A stretch of 34,835 bases of DNA from Sutterella sp. (GTDB taxonomy: Bacteria > Pseudomonadota > Gammaproteobacteria > Burkholderiales > Burkholderiaceae_F), in NCBI GenBank assembly GCA_019410445.1, contig DXSO01000004.1:1-34835 (forward strand). The letters run 5' to 3'. Each line of letters begins with the position of its first letter. Positions within the stretch are counted from its first letter, which is position 1. The notes under the pieces were generated by a model, which worked only from the letters and a program-made list of their open reading frames with translations, was not told where the DNA came from and made no database searches. The position numbers and the translations under genes were made by a program. Positions 8,744 to 20,081 of the stretch are shown here, one piece after another.

Positions 8744-10191
8744 CCGTTGAGTTTCTTGGTGAGAATCTCATTGACCTGTTTGGGGTTGGCCTTACCACGA
8801 GTGGCCTTCATGGCTTGTCCCACAAGGGCGTTGAAAGCCTTTTGTTTTCCAGCCTTGAACTCTTCGACCATCTTGGCGTTGTTGGCAAGAACTTCATCGA
8901 TCACCGCCTCAATGGCAGAGCTATCGGAGATCTGCTTCAAGCCTTCTTTTTCGATGAGTTCATCAACAGTTTCCGAAGCACCATCCCAAATCAAGGAGAA
9001 AATTCGCTTTGCCCCCTTGCCATTGATGGTGCCGTCCGCCAAACGCTTCAGGATATCAGCCAGCTTAGCCGACGTCACCGGAGCTGCCGCATACGTCATA
9101 CCTTCCTGCGCATTCACACTGGCGGCAACTTCACCCATCACCCAATTGGCGGCAATTTTCTTATCAGGGGCCACGGCACTGAGCGCACAGAAATAGTCGG
9201 CTACATCTTTACTCGAAGTCAACACCGCCGCGTCGTACTCACTCAACCCCATGTCGCGCACAAAACGCTCGCGCATTGCATCAGGAAGTTCCGGCATTTC
9301 ATTACGAATTCGCTCCATATCCTGCGGTGTCAGCACACAGGGCAGCAAATCCGGATCTGGGAAATAGCGATAATCCATGGAGTCTTCCTTGGTTCGCATT
9401 TCACGTGTTTCACCGGAATCCGGATCGTACAAGCGCGTGGCCTGAACAACCTTTCCGCCGCTTTCGATCAATTCAATTTGACGAGAAACCTCGTAGTCAA
9501 TCGCTTCCTGCAGGAATTTGAAGGAGTTGAGGTTTTTGATTTCGCAACGTGTTCCGAATTCAGTACTCCCCATCGGACGTACAGAAACGTTGGCATCACA
9601 ACGGAAGTTACCTTCCTGCATATTGCCGCGCGAAATGCCCAACCAAACCACCAAAGCATGCAAGGCCTTAGCGTATCCAACAGCCTCAGCCGAACTACGC
9701 AATTCCGGTTCGGTAACGATTTCCAACAACGGTGTACCCGCGCGATTTAAATCCATACCGGACTTATAAGCCACAACACCATGGTTGCTCTTGCCGGCAT
9801 CTTCCTCAAGGTGCGCACGCGTCAGATTGATGGTTTTCTCATATGGATCGCCATCTTTGGGTTCCACTCGGAAAGTCACTTTGCCACCCTTGACAATCGG
9901 ATGTTCGAACTGACTGATCTGATAGCCCTTGGGCAAATCCGGGTAGAAATAATTCTTCCGATCAAACACTGATCGTTCCGCAACCTCTGCGCCGATGGCA
10001 AAGCCAAACTTTGCGCCACGCTCAACCGCTCCGCGATTAAGAACAGGCAACGCTCCTGGCAAAGCTAAATCGATATAGCACGCCTGGGTATTGGCTTCAG
10101 CCCCAAAATGCGTGCTTGCGCCCGAAAAAATCTTTGAATCGGTAGAGAGCTGGACATGCGTCTCCAAACCGATAACTACTTCCCATTGCAT
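8740..10191 (-). CDS. gatB: Asp/Glu-tRNA amidotransferase subunit B
   Basis: '[13 protein letters not shown]', '[17 protein letters not shown]', 'HLEEDAGK', '[10 protein letters not shown]', C-terminal YqeY-like domain. Confidence 0.98.
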   Translation of the reverse strand: MQWEVVIGLETHVQLSTDSKIFSGASTHFGAEANTQACYIDLALPGALPVLNRGAVERGAKFGFAIGAEVAERSVFDRKNYFYPDLPKGYQISQFEHPIVKGGKVTFRVEPKDGDPYEKTINLTRAHLEEDAGKSNHGVVAYKSGMDLNRAGTPLLEIVTEPELRSSAEAVGYAKALHALVVWLGISRGNMQEGNFRCDANVSVRPMGSTEFGTRCEIKNLNSFKFLQEAIDYEVSRQIELIESGGKVVQATRLYDPDSGETREMRTKEDSMDYRYFPDPDLLPCVLTPQDMERIRNEMPELPDAMRERFVRDMGLSEYDAAVLTSSKDVADYFCALSAVAPDKKIAANWVMGEVAASVNAQEGMTYAAAPVTSAKLADILKRLADGTINGKGAKRIFSLIWDGASETVDELIEKEGLKQISDSSAIEAVIDEVLANNAKMVEEFKAGKQKAFNALVGQAMKATRGKANPKQVNEILTKKLNG

Positions 10192-10209
10192 ATCTCTCGA
10201 GCTCCTCGA

Positions 10210-11667
10210 TTAAAAACCCTCGGGGTGACGCAGATGCCAATCGGTACCCTGCTGCCAGGCATGAGCAATGCCGAGCATCTTGGCTTCATTGAACCGAGCA
10301 CACGTAATCTGTACACCGATCGGTCGACCATTGCTGTGAATACCGCAAGGCATACTCATACAGGGCAGTCCTGACAGTGACATCGGCACAGTGTAGAGAT
10401 CTCCAAGATATGCCGAAACAGGATCTTTTTTGGCTCCAAAGTCATAGGCCGTGGAAGTTGTCACCGGACTGATGATCGCATCAACCGTCTGGAATGCTCG
10501 ATCAAACTCCTGGGCAATCAAACGACGCACCTTCTGAGCCTTGATGTAATAGGCATCGTAATAGCCATGTGACAGAACGTACGTACCGATCAAAATTCGA
10601 CGCTTAGGTTCATCACCGAACCCTTCATCGCGACTGCGTTTGATCATGTCCTGGATACCGTCGTATTCCTTGGCACGGTAACCGTAACGCACGCCATCAA
10701 AGCGAGACAAGTTGGAACTTGCCTCTGCACAAGCCACCACGTAATAGACAGGAACGCCCAAATCTGCCGTCGGCAAGGCGATATCCACAATCTCGGCTCC
10801 CTGATCACGATAAGCTTCAATCACAGATTCAATTGCCTTGGCGCATTCAGCGTCCAACTTATCGGCAAACCAAGCACGCGGCACGCCAATTTTGAGTCCT
10901 TTGACACCTTTGGACAGATCGCGAGCGAAATCCTCACTCGGCCGATTTTCGCTTGTGGAGTCCCACGGCTCATATCCAACCATATCGCCCAAAACCAAAG
11001 CAATATCCTCGGCAGTATGTGCCATCAAACCTGCGGTATCAAGAGACGACGCAAAAGCAATCATCCCCAAGCGGCTCGGACGCCCATAAGTCGGCTTAAG
11101 TCCAGTCACACCGCAGAAAGCGGCAGGCTCACGAATAGAGCCGCCCGTATCAGTCGCGGTTGCAATCGGAGCAAGTCCGGCAGCCACGCAGGCCGAAGAA
11201 CCGCCGGAACTGCCCCCGGGGACTGCATTGACATCCCACGGATTGAGCACCTTGCCGTAAGCAGAGTTTTCATTGGAAGACCCCATGGCAAACTCATCAC
11301 AATTGAGTTTGCCGAGCGTTACCAACCCTGCATCGTTGAGCTTTTTGACCACAGCCGCGTCAAACGGGCTCATATAGCCTTCGAGCATTCGACTGGCTGC
11401 CGTAGAAGCCCACTGTCGAGTGACAAAAATGTCCTTGTGAGCAATCGGAATACCCGTCAGACGCGTCGCCGTTCCCTCGGCAATACGCTTATCGGCCTCT
11501 CGCGCCTGAGCAAGCGTTACTTCCGGGCGAACGTCCAAAAAGCAATTGAGGTCTTTGTGCGCCTCGATTCGGGCAAGGTAATCCTGTGCGAGTTCAACGG
11601 CACTTACCTCGCGCGCGGCAAGTGCACGAGAAAGTTCCGCAACCGTGCGAAAAGTCGTCGATTTCAT
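10210..11667 (-). CDS. gatA: Asp/Glu-tRNA amidotransferase subunit A
   Basis: Amidase signature 'PGGSSGGS', 'TDTGGSIR', '[13 protein letters not shown]', 'GYYDAYY'. Confidence 0.98.
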   Translation of the reverse strand: MKSTTFRTVAELSRALAAREVSAVELAQDYLARIEAHKDLNCFLDVRPEVTLAQAREADKRIAEGTATRLTGIPIAHKDIFVTRQWASTAASRMLEGYMSPFDAAVVKKLNDAGLVTLGKLNCDEFAMGSSNENSAYGKVLNPWDVNAVPGGSSGGSSACVAAGLAPIATATDTGGSIREPAAFCGVTGLKPTYGRPSRLGMIAFASSLDTAGLMAHTAEDIALVLGDMVGYEPWDSTSENRPSEDFARDLSKGVKGLKIGVPRAWFADKLDAECAKAIESVIEAYRDQGAEIVDIALPTADLGVPVYYVVACAEASSNLSRFDGVRYGYRAKEYDGIQDMIKRSRDEGFGDEPKRRILIGTYVLSHGYYDAYYIKAQKVRRLIAQEFDRAFQTVDAIISPVTTSTAYDFGAKKDPVSAYLGDLYTVPMSLSGLPCMSMPCGIHSNGRPIGVQITCARFNEAKMLGIAHAWQQGTDWHLRHPEGF

Positions 11668-11685
11668 TCTTGTGGAGTCCTTCTC

Positions 11686-11973
11686 TTACTCGATAACCTG
11701 CGGCACGAGGAACAATCCTTCGAACTCTTCCGGAGCGTTCTTCATGTTTTCTTCTCGATCGTTACCGAAAACAACTTTGTCTTCACGCAGTCTTTGTACA
11801 CCATCATGCGGATGCATCATGGGCTCAACGCCTTCAGTATCAACAGCCTGAATGCGTTCAATCATCTTAAAAATATCGTTCAGTTCGGCCTGCATACGCT
11901 TGGCGGCTTCTTCATGAATGCCGACATGCGCAAGCTCCGCAATACGATAGACATCGTCCAGACCAAGGGACAT
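11686..11973 (-). CDS. gatC: Asp/Glu-tRNA amidotransferase subunit C
   Basis: 'DVYRIAELA', 'VDTEGVEPM', 'LRED', 'NAP....LFLVPQVIE'; first gene of gatCAB. Confidence 0.96.
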   Translation of the reverse strand: MSLGLDDVYRIAELAHVGIHEEAAKRMQAELNDIFKMIERIQAVDTEGVEPMMHPHDGVQRLREDKVVFGNDREENMKNAPEEFEGLFLVPQVIE

Positions 11974-12208
11974 ATCAGTTAATCCTCTAAAGCGGGCGGG
12001 TAGAAAATCTGCAAATGTGAAAATTTACCGCTTTTTCAGCGGTTTTTGTCATTTTGAGTCCAAAAGAATCTTTGGAAGCCGGCATTTCTGCCAATTCCTT
12101 CAATTTCTTGCCTTTTGACACAAATCCCGAACCCGCTTGCCGACAGTGTCTTGTTGTATAGTTGGTCGGGCGTCCTTTAGATTCGATTTTTATTCCGTCA
12201 ACCCCTAC

Positions 12209-13417
12209 ATGCTCAAAACGAAGTTCTTTCTTCGAAGTCTCACCCTTTGCGTACTGGTAATCGCGACCGGATGTTCGTCCTCAAATCCCAATCGATATTT
12301 TGAAAACGATGGTCCTCCAGGATTTTTTCAGAAAAAATTTTTTTCCTGGGGAAACAATGAGGTAAAAATCAAGGTAGAACCTCCGAACAAATGGGCCAAT
12401 CGCCCCTACACCGTACTGGGAAAACGTTATTACCCCGTCACCGGAGACAAGCCAATGACTCAAGTTGGCACGGCTAGTTGGTACGGAAAACAGTTTCACG
12501 GAAAAAAAACTGCCATCGGCGAAATCTACGATATGCATGCCTTAACGGCAGCTCACCCCACGATGGAATTGCCCAGTTTTGCCAAAGTCACTAATTTGCA
12601 GAACGGCCGCTCGATCATTGTGCGCGTCAATGACCGCGGACCGTTCCTGCACGGTCGCATTATTGATTTAAGTTATGCAGCTGCTGTCAAACTTGGCTAC
12701 CAAAAACAAGGCACAACCCGCGTACGCGTCGAACGCATTACTCGACGCGATATCGCGGCCAACCGCATTCCTTCGACTTCTTCTGGAAACACCGTACTCG
12801 TTGCGGCCACTGCTGCAAAAGCAATGCCGACCGAACGCACTGCACCACAAGTGGCATCAACTCACACGTCAGTAACACAAAAAGCTTCTCCTGCGAACCC
12901 CGTACCCTCTGCCTCGCGTGCACCTTCGGAACTTAAACAAGAGCTTTCTGTGAATCAGAACCCCATCACTGAAACTGATGTTTCTCGACCGGCTTCCGTC
13001 ACACTTTCCATCCCAGTTGAAAGTACAGAAGTACAGCCCCAAGACATCACTGTTTCAGCACAAGATCTTCCAGACACCGAAGACAGCATGAAGGAACTGA
13101 TCATTCGAACTCAACAGGCTGCAGACGAAAAACCACAGGCTCCGGCTGAAGTTCTGCCCGCACAAATTCCTAAGAACAAGACTGGTATCTGGGCCGTTCA
13201 AATTGGAGCTTTCAGCATTCAAGAAAATGCTCGTCAAGCTGCCGCACATGCAGAGATGATGCTTTCGTCTGTCCAAAATGCCAATGTTCGAGTTGTTGAC
13301 ACAGGCAAAGTATGGAAAGTACTCTCTGGCAGCTTTACCTCCAAAGATGAAGCCAGTCAGTTTGCCCGCACCGTGACGGAAGCGCTCGGTATTCCAGCAT
13401 TTGCTGTAGCGCAGTAA
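12209..13417 (+). CDS. rlpA: Septal ring lytic transglycosylase RlpA family lipoprotein
   Basis: Lipobox-like IATGC after ATG 12209; DPBB motifs 'ASWYG', 'AAHPT', 'VRVNDRGPF', 'IIDLS'; long Pro/Ala/Thr linker; C-terminal SPOR domain 'AVQIGAFS'. Confidence 0.92.
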   Translation: MLKTKFFLRSLTLCVLVIATGCSSSNPNRYFENDGPPGFFQKKFFSWGNNEVKIKVEPPNKWANRPYTVLGKRYYPVTGDKPMTQVGTASWYGKQFHGKKTAIGEIYDMHALTAAHPTMELPSFAKVTNLQNGRSIIVRVNDRGPFLHGRIIDLSYAAAVKLGYQKQGTTRVRVERITRRDIAANRIPSTSSGNTVLVAATAAKAMPTERTAPQVASTHTSVTQKASPANPVPSASRAPSELKQELSVNQNPITETDVSRPASVTLSIPVESTEVQPQDITVSAQDLPDTEDSMKELIIRTQQAADEKPQAPAEVLPAQIPKNKTGIWAVQIGAFSIQENARQAAAHAEMMLSSVQNANVRVVDTGKVWKVLSGSFTSKDEASQFARTVTEALGIPAFAVAQ

Positions 13418-13430
13418 TCAAGGACAAAAA

Positions 13431-13685
13431 ATGCGTCGAGATCTTGTAGTTCAAGTCATTGTTCAATACGATGATTTTTGGGACAATTTTGCAACCCCGT
13501 ACGAAGCAGAGTGCTTCATCAACAGTAATTTGGATGAGCTCGATTTGCCTGTTATGGTGCGCCTTGAAGATATGAAGGGCAACATCAAGTGGTACTACGA
13601 TCTTGTCGAAGACGAAAGCGGTTTCTATCGACTGGTGGATCGCCCCTGTGAATCCAGACATCTCATCCGGGTCGGCTCTAACTGA
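13431..13685 (+). CDS. Small acidic hypothetical protein
   Basis: 84-aa ORF with AAGGA RBS, 13 bp after the rlpA stop and followed by a strong hairpin. Confidence 0.75.
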   Translation: MRRDLVVQVIVQYDDFWDNFATPYEAECFINSNLDELDLPVMVRLEDMKGNIKWYYDLVEDESGFYRLVDRPCESRHLIRVGSN

Positions 13686-13697
13686 GGATACCTAAAA

Positions 13698-13736
13698 GTT
13701 AAGGGATGAAATACTTCTCGTATTTCATCCCTTAAC
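13698..13736. terminator. Long hairpin between convergent genes (probable bidirectional terminator)
   Basis: Perfect 17-bp inverted repeat GTTAAGGGATGAAATAC-TTCTC-GTATTTCATCCCTTAAC; AAAA on the left gives a U-tract for the minus strand. Confidence 0.75.
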
Positions 13737-13757
13737 AGAACGTTTCACCTTAACCTA

Positions 13758-15299
13758 TCAACTCAAAAAGAAACGACAAGCCGGATTGTCTGTCTCATTC
13801 CAGTAGCGATATCCCAAGGTATTAAGGAACTGCTCGAACAATTCGTTATCCTCCGGCGGCACCTGAATCCCGGCAAAAACACGACCAAAATCAGCGCCGT
13901 TATTTCGATAGTGGAAAAGCGAAATATTCCACTGCGGTGCCAACGAAGTTAAAAACTTCATTAAAGCCCCTGGACGCTCCGGAAACTCAAACCGATAAAG
14001 CTTTTCATTCACGGCCAGCTTACTGTGTCCGCCCACCATATGACGCAAATGCAACTTGGCCAGCTCATCGTGCGACAAATTCAGCGCAGGAAAACCTTCA
14101 GACTTTAATGACTTTTCGATTTCTTCCACATCATTTGCATTGGTCGTCTGAACTCCCACGAAAATATACGCATCCGTGTTGTCGCTCATTCGATAGTTGA
14201 ATTCTGTGACCGCGCGACTACCCAACAAACCACAAAGTCTTCGGAAAGAACCGCGTTCTTCAGGAATTGTGACAGCAAACACCGCTTCTCGATCTTCGCC
14301 AAACTCGGCACGTTCGCAAACAAAGCGCAAACGATCGAAATTCATATTGGCTCCCGACGTGATGGCCACCAACGTCTTATTGGTGACACCTTCTTTTCGG
14401 GCCCATGCTTTCAGACCTGCAAGAGACAATGCACCAGAAGGTTCTACGATTGAACGCGTATCCTCAAACACATCTTTGATGGCAGCGCAAATTTCATCGC
14501 TGTCAACCAAAACGATACCGTCGAGATTTTCACGACACAAACGCAGTGTTTCATCTCCCACACGTTTCACCGCCGTTCCGTCGCTAAACAACCCCACGTC
14601 ATCCAAGGCTACATTTTCACCCGCATCAAACGAACGCTTCATTGCATCGGAGTCCACGGTCTCCACGCCAAAAACCTTGATTTCCGGGTAAATAGCCTTG
14701 ATGTATGTCGCCACACCGGCAGCTAAACCACCTCCGCCAATTTGCACAAAAATGGCATCCGGACGCGTGCCGTCGGAAGGTTGATACTGCCGCAAAATCT
14801 CCATACCGATCGTTCCCTGACCGGCAATCACAAAAGGATCGTCAAACGGGTGAACGAATGTCAATCCCTCTTCGGCCTGCATCTTGACTGCATGAGCAGC
14901 TGCATCCGAGAAACTTTCGCCCACCAACACAACTTCACCGCCAAGATTCCGGACAGCCTCGACTTTCAGAGCCGGTGCCGTCACCGGCATTACGATAACC
15001 GCACGACACCCGAGACGCTTGGCCGCCAACGCCACACCTTGTGCATGATTACCTGCCGAAGCGCAAATAACGCCACGTGCTCGTTCCTCTGCGCTCAGAT
15101 GAACCATCTTGTTAAAAGCGCCACGCAATTTGAAGGAGAACACCGGCTGAGTATCTTCTCGCTTTAAAAAGACCTTGTTGCCAATTCTGAGTGAAAGGCG
15201 CTTGGCTTCATCAAGCGGTGTCTCTCGAGCCACATCATAGACACGCGCTGTCAAGATCTTTCTCAAATAGTTTTGGCGATCAACTTCTGTTTGAGTCAT
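13758..15299 (-). CDS. ilvA: Threonine ammonia-lyase, biosynthetic
   Basis: 'FSFKLRGA' PLP lysine, 'SAGNHAQG', 'GGGGL', two C-terminal regulatory domains ('IPEERGSF', 'FPERPGAL', 'FHYRN'). Start 15299 has AGGGA upstream; the ORF track gives 15353. Confidence 0.96.
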   Translation of the reverse strand: MTQTEVDRQNYLRKILTARVYDVARETPLDEAKRLSLRIGNKVFLKREDTQPVFSFKLRGAFNKMVHLSAEERARGVICASAGNHAQGVALAAKRLGCRAVIVMPVTAPALKVEAVRNLGGEVVLVGESFSDAAAHAVKMQAEEGLTFVHPFDDPFVIAGQGTIGMEILRQYQPSDGTRPDAIFVQIGGGGLAAGVATYIKAIYPEIKVFGVETVDSDAMKRSFDAGENVALDDVGLFSDGTAVKRVGDETLRLCRENLDGIVLVDSDEICAAIKDVFEDTRSIVEPSGALSLAGLKAWARKEGVTNKTLVAITSGANMNFDRLRFVCERAEFGEDREAVFAVTIPEERGSFRRLCGLLGSRAVTEFNYRMSDNTDAYIFVGVQTTNANDVEEIEKSLKSEGFPALNLSHDELAKLHLRHMVGGHSKLAVNEKLYRFEFPERPGALMKFLTSLAPQWNISLFHYRNNGADFGRVFAGIQVPPEDNELFEQFLNTLGYRYWNETDNPACRFFLS

Positions 15300-15557
15300 G
15301 CTATTCCCTGTTGTTTTTGAATTCTTGTCTGCTTTCGACAAAGCATCGTTCAATATACGACTGTTTGTGTTTTTTTGCTGAAGTCAACCTCGTTTCTATC
15401 CTCGGTTCGCGGTTTTGCAACCGATTTCACCGCCCTGTTTGGCGTGACTTCCTCCCCTGTCTATACAATGGAAGGAAAAATTTTCCTTTCTTGCCTTCAT
15501 GCAATGACCGCTTTTTCCAAACGGCTCTGAAAATGAAGGTTCTCCGAGAAAAACTCC

Positions 15558-18500
15558 ATGCACAATGAAACCCGCAGTCTGACTGCCGAAATGAGAAACG
15601 ACGGCGGCATGCGCATCCGCGAAATTCCGTATAACTACACTTCATTTTCAGATCGCGAAATCGTATTGCGCCTTTTGGGCAAAGACGCAGCCGGAATTCT
15701 CGACGAGCTGCGTTATGAACGACGAACTGGTCGTAGCGCACGCATGCTTTTTGAAGTGCTCGGCGACATCTGGGTCGTCAACCGCAATCCCTATTTGCAA
15801 GAAGATCTTCTGAAAAACAGTACGCGCCGCAAACTTCTCATTGAAGCACTTGAACACCGTCTGCGAGAAATGGACAAGCGCCGTGACCCGTCAGCAACCG
15901 AACGCGACGTGAAAGTTCAAAGACTTATGGCCTCAGCCTATAAAGCTGTACGCAAGTTTGAGTCCAGCTTTGAACGCATTAAGGCCTTGCGCGCTCGTTT
16001 CAAGCGAGCGCTGAAAAACTGCACGGCCGAAGACAACATCCGCTTCGACCCCTTCACGCGAGCAGCTCACGTCACCGATGCGACAGACTTGCGCATCGAG
16101 TATCCGTTTGTAGTCATTACTCCCGATAGCGAACGAGAAATTCCGTCACTTGTCCGCACCTGCATCCAACTCGGTCTTGTAATCATTCCCCGCGGAGGCG
16201 GTACGGGATACACTGGCGGTGCAGTTCCGATGTCGGATATGAGCGCCGTTATCAACACGGAAAAACTCGACTCCATCAGCCGAGCTCATTTGGTACATTT
16301 GCCGGAATGCCGCCTCGGTTTAGTCCCTGTCATTGATACCGGCAGTGGCGCAGTCACGCGTCGCGTAACTGAAGCCGCAGCCGCTGACGACTATGTTTTT
16401 TCTGTAGATCCGGCCAGTGCAGACAGCTCCACAATCGGCGGTAATATCGCTGAAAACTCCGGCGGTAAAAAAGCTGTTTTATGGGGGACTGCCGTCGATA
16501 ACATTGCCAGTTACCGTATGGTGACTGCCGATGGCAATTGGATGGAGGTCGAACGTCTTGAGCATTCCTGCCGAAAGATTTCCCGCGACAGTGATATTCG
16601 CTGGCGCATCACCGTCAAAGACGGTCGAACGTCCGATCCTGAAAAAGCACGGGTTCTGAGCTCCCGCGAGCTGGTCACTGCCGGTCGAATCTTTCGCCGA
16701 AAAGGCTTGGGGAAAGATGTTACGAACAAATTTCTGGGTGGACTGCCGGCAGTTCAAAAAGAAGGAACTGATGGCATTATCACATCGGCTCGCTGGATTC
16801 TGCACAAAATGCCTCCCTTGACCTACACGGTCTGTCTGGAGTTCTTTGGTGCGGCCACTTTAGCTGGAAAAGCCATTTTGGAAATTTCCAAATTGTTGGG
16901 AGACGGCTACAAAGGCTGCATGCTTGCTGGTCTTGAACATTTGGATGATCGCTATCTGAAGGCAGTCAACTATCCAGTCAAAAGCAAGCGCGGTGAATAT
17001 CCGAAGATGGTCATTGTGGGCGATGTTGTCGGCAATGATGAGACTGCTCTTGAAGAAGCTGTCGCCAGAGTCATCGAATTGTGCGCCAAAGTCAACGGAG
17101 AAGGCTTTGTTGCCAAGACCCCTGAGGCTCGTTTCGCTTTCTGGCACGAACGCAGTAAAACAGCGGCTATTAGCGCACACACAAATGCATTCAAACTCAA
17201 CGAAGACGTGGTTATTCCTCTCGATAAAATCGGCGAATACACACTCGGTTGCGAAACATTCAACATTGAATGCTCGATTGACAACAAACTCGAGATGCTC
17301 GACGCTCTCGAAGCATACTTGCGCGGCTCTATTTCACTTGGCAAGCCGTCCCTGACAGACGGCGTTCCCAAAGAAGTGCTGCTCGACGCCACTGTCCCTG
17401 AAGCCCTTGAATTGATCGCCAACGTGCGCTCTCGCTGGGCCTTTTTGCGTCAAAACTTTGCCGCTAACGTACTTGATCACCAAAGCACTCTGGTCGAGCT
17501 CGGCATTTCTCTTTCCTCGGCAGTCCTGCGCAAATACCGAAGCAAAACGATTTTTGATCTTATTTACGATCACGCAATTCGCATTTCATGGAAAAAAGAG
17601 GTTCGTGCCGAACTTTTGCGCATTTTCCCGGGCGATGCCTTTGAAAAAGTACGCAATGAAATTGATTCCATACATGCTCGCGTATTGCGGGGCCGCGTTT
17701 TCATCGCACTGCACATGCATGCAGGAGACGGCAATGTTCACACCAACATTCCGCTGAATTCTGACAATCAGCGAATGATGCAAAAAGGTGTTGAAGCAGT
17801 TCATCGTGTCATGGCTTTGGCAAAATCGCTGGGAGGCGTAATCAGCGGCGAACACGGTATAGGGCTGACTAAGATTGAATTTTGGATCCGGAACAGCTTC
17901 AGCCATACACCGAATACGTGCGGCAGATGGATCCGCAAAGGCACTTCAATCGAGGCAAATTATCCAAAGACATTGATTTGCAGACACTTTACACCCCGAG
18001 CTTTAATTTGCTCGGTGCAGAGTCTCTCATCATGCAGCAGACGCAAGTGAAAGCCATCAGTGATGCCATCAAGAACTGCCTACGATGCGGTAAATGCAAG
18101 TCCAAGTGCACGACTCACGTTCCTCGCGCCAGTCTGCTGTTTTCTCCTCGCAATAAGATTATTGCAACGAGTCTCTTGATTGAAGCCATCCTCTATGAAA
18201 GCCAAACGCGTCGAGGACTGTCGGATCTGCATGTTCAGGCATTGGAAGACTTGGCCGATCATTGCACCCTTTGCATGAAATGCCGGATTCCTTGCCCGGT
18301 AAAGATTAATTTTGGCGAAGTCACGATTATGCTGCGTGCACTTTTAGAGCGCACGGGAAAATCATCGACTCCTCCAGCCAAAGTCATGGGCATGAAATTC
18401 TTGGAGCTGACGAATCCGCGATCTGTGGAATGGGCACGCAAGGGCCTCGTCAATGTCGGCTACAAACTCGAACGTTTTGCCCACGATCTTCTTGCACCTG

Positions 18501-19483
18501 CCGCTCGCGCACAGCTCAGCCATCCTACTCACACGATTGGCAGACCCGGTCTGATCGAACAAACAGTCACACTCGTCAATCGGAAACTGCCATTGCCCCG
18601 CATGAAGCAAACTATGCGTTCGGTTTTGGGGTTGACAGACTCAGCTGTAGCCCCGATCATCCGCAAACCTTCAGCCAAAGATGCGCCTGCAGTCTTTTAC
18701 TTCCCCGGCTGCGGTAACGAGCGCCTTTATCCTGAAATTTCACTGGCTGTCTTGGCTCTTTTGTACGATGCAGGCGTACAAACTGTCTTACCGCCCAAAT
18801 ACATGTGCTGCGGCTACCCTCAACGCGGTGCCGGCGAGCTTGACAAAGCCGATGCCATCGTCACAGCCAACCGTGTGCTGTTCCACCGTTTAGCCAACAC
18901 GCTTAACTACCTCGACATCAAAACGGTTCTGGTTTCCTGTGGAACCTGCTTAAAACAACTCAAGGATTATCATTTTGAGGAAATTTTCCCTGGTTGCCGT
19001 TTAATGGATGTCCACGAATATTTGGCAGAAAAAGGCATATCCGTCAAAGGATCGGAAAACATGCACTACATGTATCACGATCCGTGTCATACACCTTTTG
19101 CAGCCCCTTCTCCGGTCAAGGTTGTCAACAATATTCTCAAACCAGCCGATGGAAGTTCCGTGCTTCTAACCGAATCGTGCTGCGGAGAATCAGGGACTTT
19201 TGCGGTAGCACGCCCCGACATTGCAACCCAAGTACGCTTTAAAAAGGAAGAAAACATCCTGAAGGTAAAAAATATGCTGTGTGCTCAACGTGATCGCAGT
19301 GCAGTCAAAATTCTCACTACCTGCCCGGGTTGTTTACAGGGTATCAGCCGATATGCAGATTCAACCGGAACACAGGCAGAGTTTCTCGCTGTTGAACTGG
19401 CCAAACTCAAGCTCGGCAACGGTTGGTTGTCTCGCTTTGTAACGTCAGCCACATCCGAAGGCATCGAAAAAGTTCTCGTATAA
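15558..19483 (+). pseudogene. FAD-linked/Fe-S oxidoreductase (DUF3683/FAD_binding_4/CCG type, GlcD+GlcF-like fusion) split by a frameshift at about 17880
   Basis: ORF1 has 'REIPYNYTSFSDREI', 'PRGGGTG', 'HAGDGNVH', 'SGEHGIG'. ORF2 (17882-19483) continues with 'FNRGKL', two CxxCxxCxxxC motifs and CCG motifs. Adding one T to the T4 run at 17880-17883 fuses them (..KIEF-LDPEQ..). May be a sequencing error. Confidence 0.85.
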
Positions 19484-19527
19484 TCCTCGTCTTTTTTTCA
19501 GACTGAGGGGATTCCCTCGATACGTAT

Positions 19528-19977
19528 ATGACAAATAACTGTCCTCTCTGCAATCCTGCGAATGAACGCGTCATTTGGCGCGGCAAACTCATTCGCGTGA
19601 TTGACGCTTCCGATGCAGATTTACCTGGTTTTGTTCGAGTCATCGTCAAGCGTCATGCCGCCGAGATGGTGGATTTGACCTCGGAAGAAAGCACGATGGT
19701 GCGCAAAGCCATCCGCATGTGCGAATTGTGCATGCTTGAGACCATGCAACCGGACAAAATCAACCTCGCTAGTCTCGGTAACATGGTTCCGCACGTGCAC
19801 TGGCATGTCATTGCCCGCTACAAAGACGACGCTTTTTTCCCTGACTCAATTTGGTCACCTCGTCTGAGAACTTGCGCACCGGAAGTACTCGAAGAAAGGC
19901 GCAGAAAAGCCCAAGAGATGCTCGCGAAGCTTCCTTCGTTGCTCAGTTCTCTTGAAAAGTTGGATTCAGAGGATTAG
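19528..19977 (+). CDS. HIT family protein
   Basis: N-terminal CPLC, 'KINLASLGN.VPHVHWHVI' histidine triad. Confidence 0.93.
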   Translation: MTNNCPLCNPANERVIWRGKLIRVIDASDADLPGFVRVIVKRHAAEMVDLTSEESTMVRKAIRMCELCMLETMQPDKINLASLGNMVPHVHWHVIARYKDDAFFPDSIWSPRLRTCAPEVLEERRRKAQEMLAKLPSLLSSLEKLDSED

Positions 19978-19984
19978 CTTGCAA

Positions 19985-20021
19985 GAAGCGGTTCGAGTTT
20001 TCGAACCGCTTCCTTTTTTTT
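19985..20021 (+). terminator. Intrinsic terminator
   Basis: GAAGCGGTTCGA-GTTT-TCGAACCGCTTC followed by C and 8 T. Confidence 0.85.
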
Positions 20022-20081
20022 GAATCCGTACGAATCAATTAACAGGAAATTTCAGCGACATTTTTTCTTTACCGATGTCGC

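Noticed and set aside
8728..9750. 340-aa plus-strand ORF (and 11017-11982, 321 aa) over gatB/gatA/gatC
   Set aside because: Antisense shadows of conserved genes; no motifs or RBS.
15300..15557. Possible ilvA attenuator
   Set aside because: No Ile/Thr/Val-rich leader peptide or terminator with U-tract found on the minus strand; only weak palindromes.
17884..18050. C-terminal tail of the 830-aa ORF
   Set aside because: Out-of-frame read-through after the frameshift; the conserved sequence continues in the other frame.
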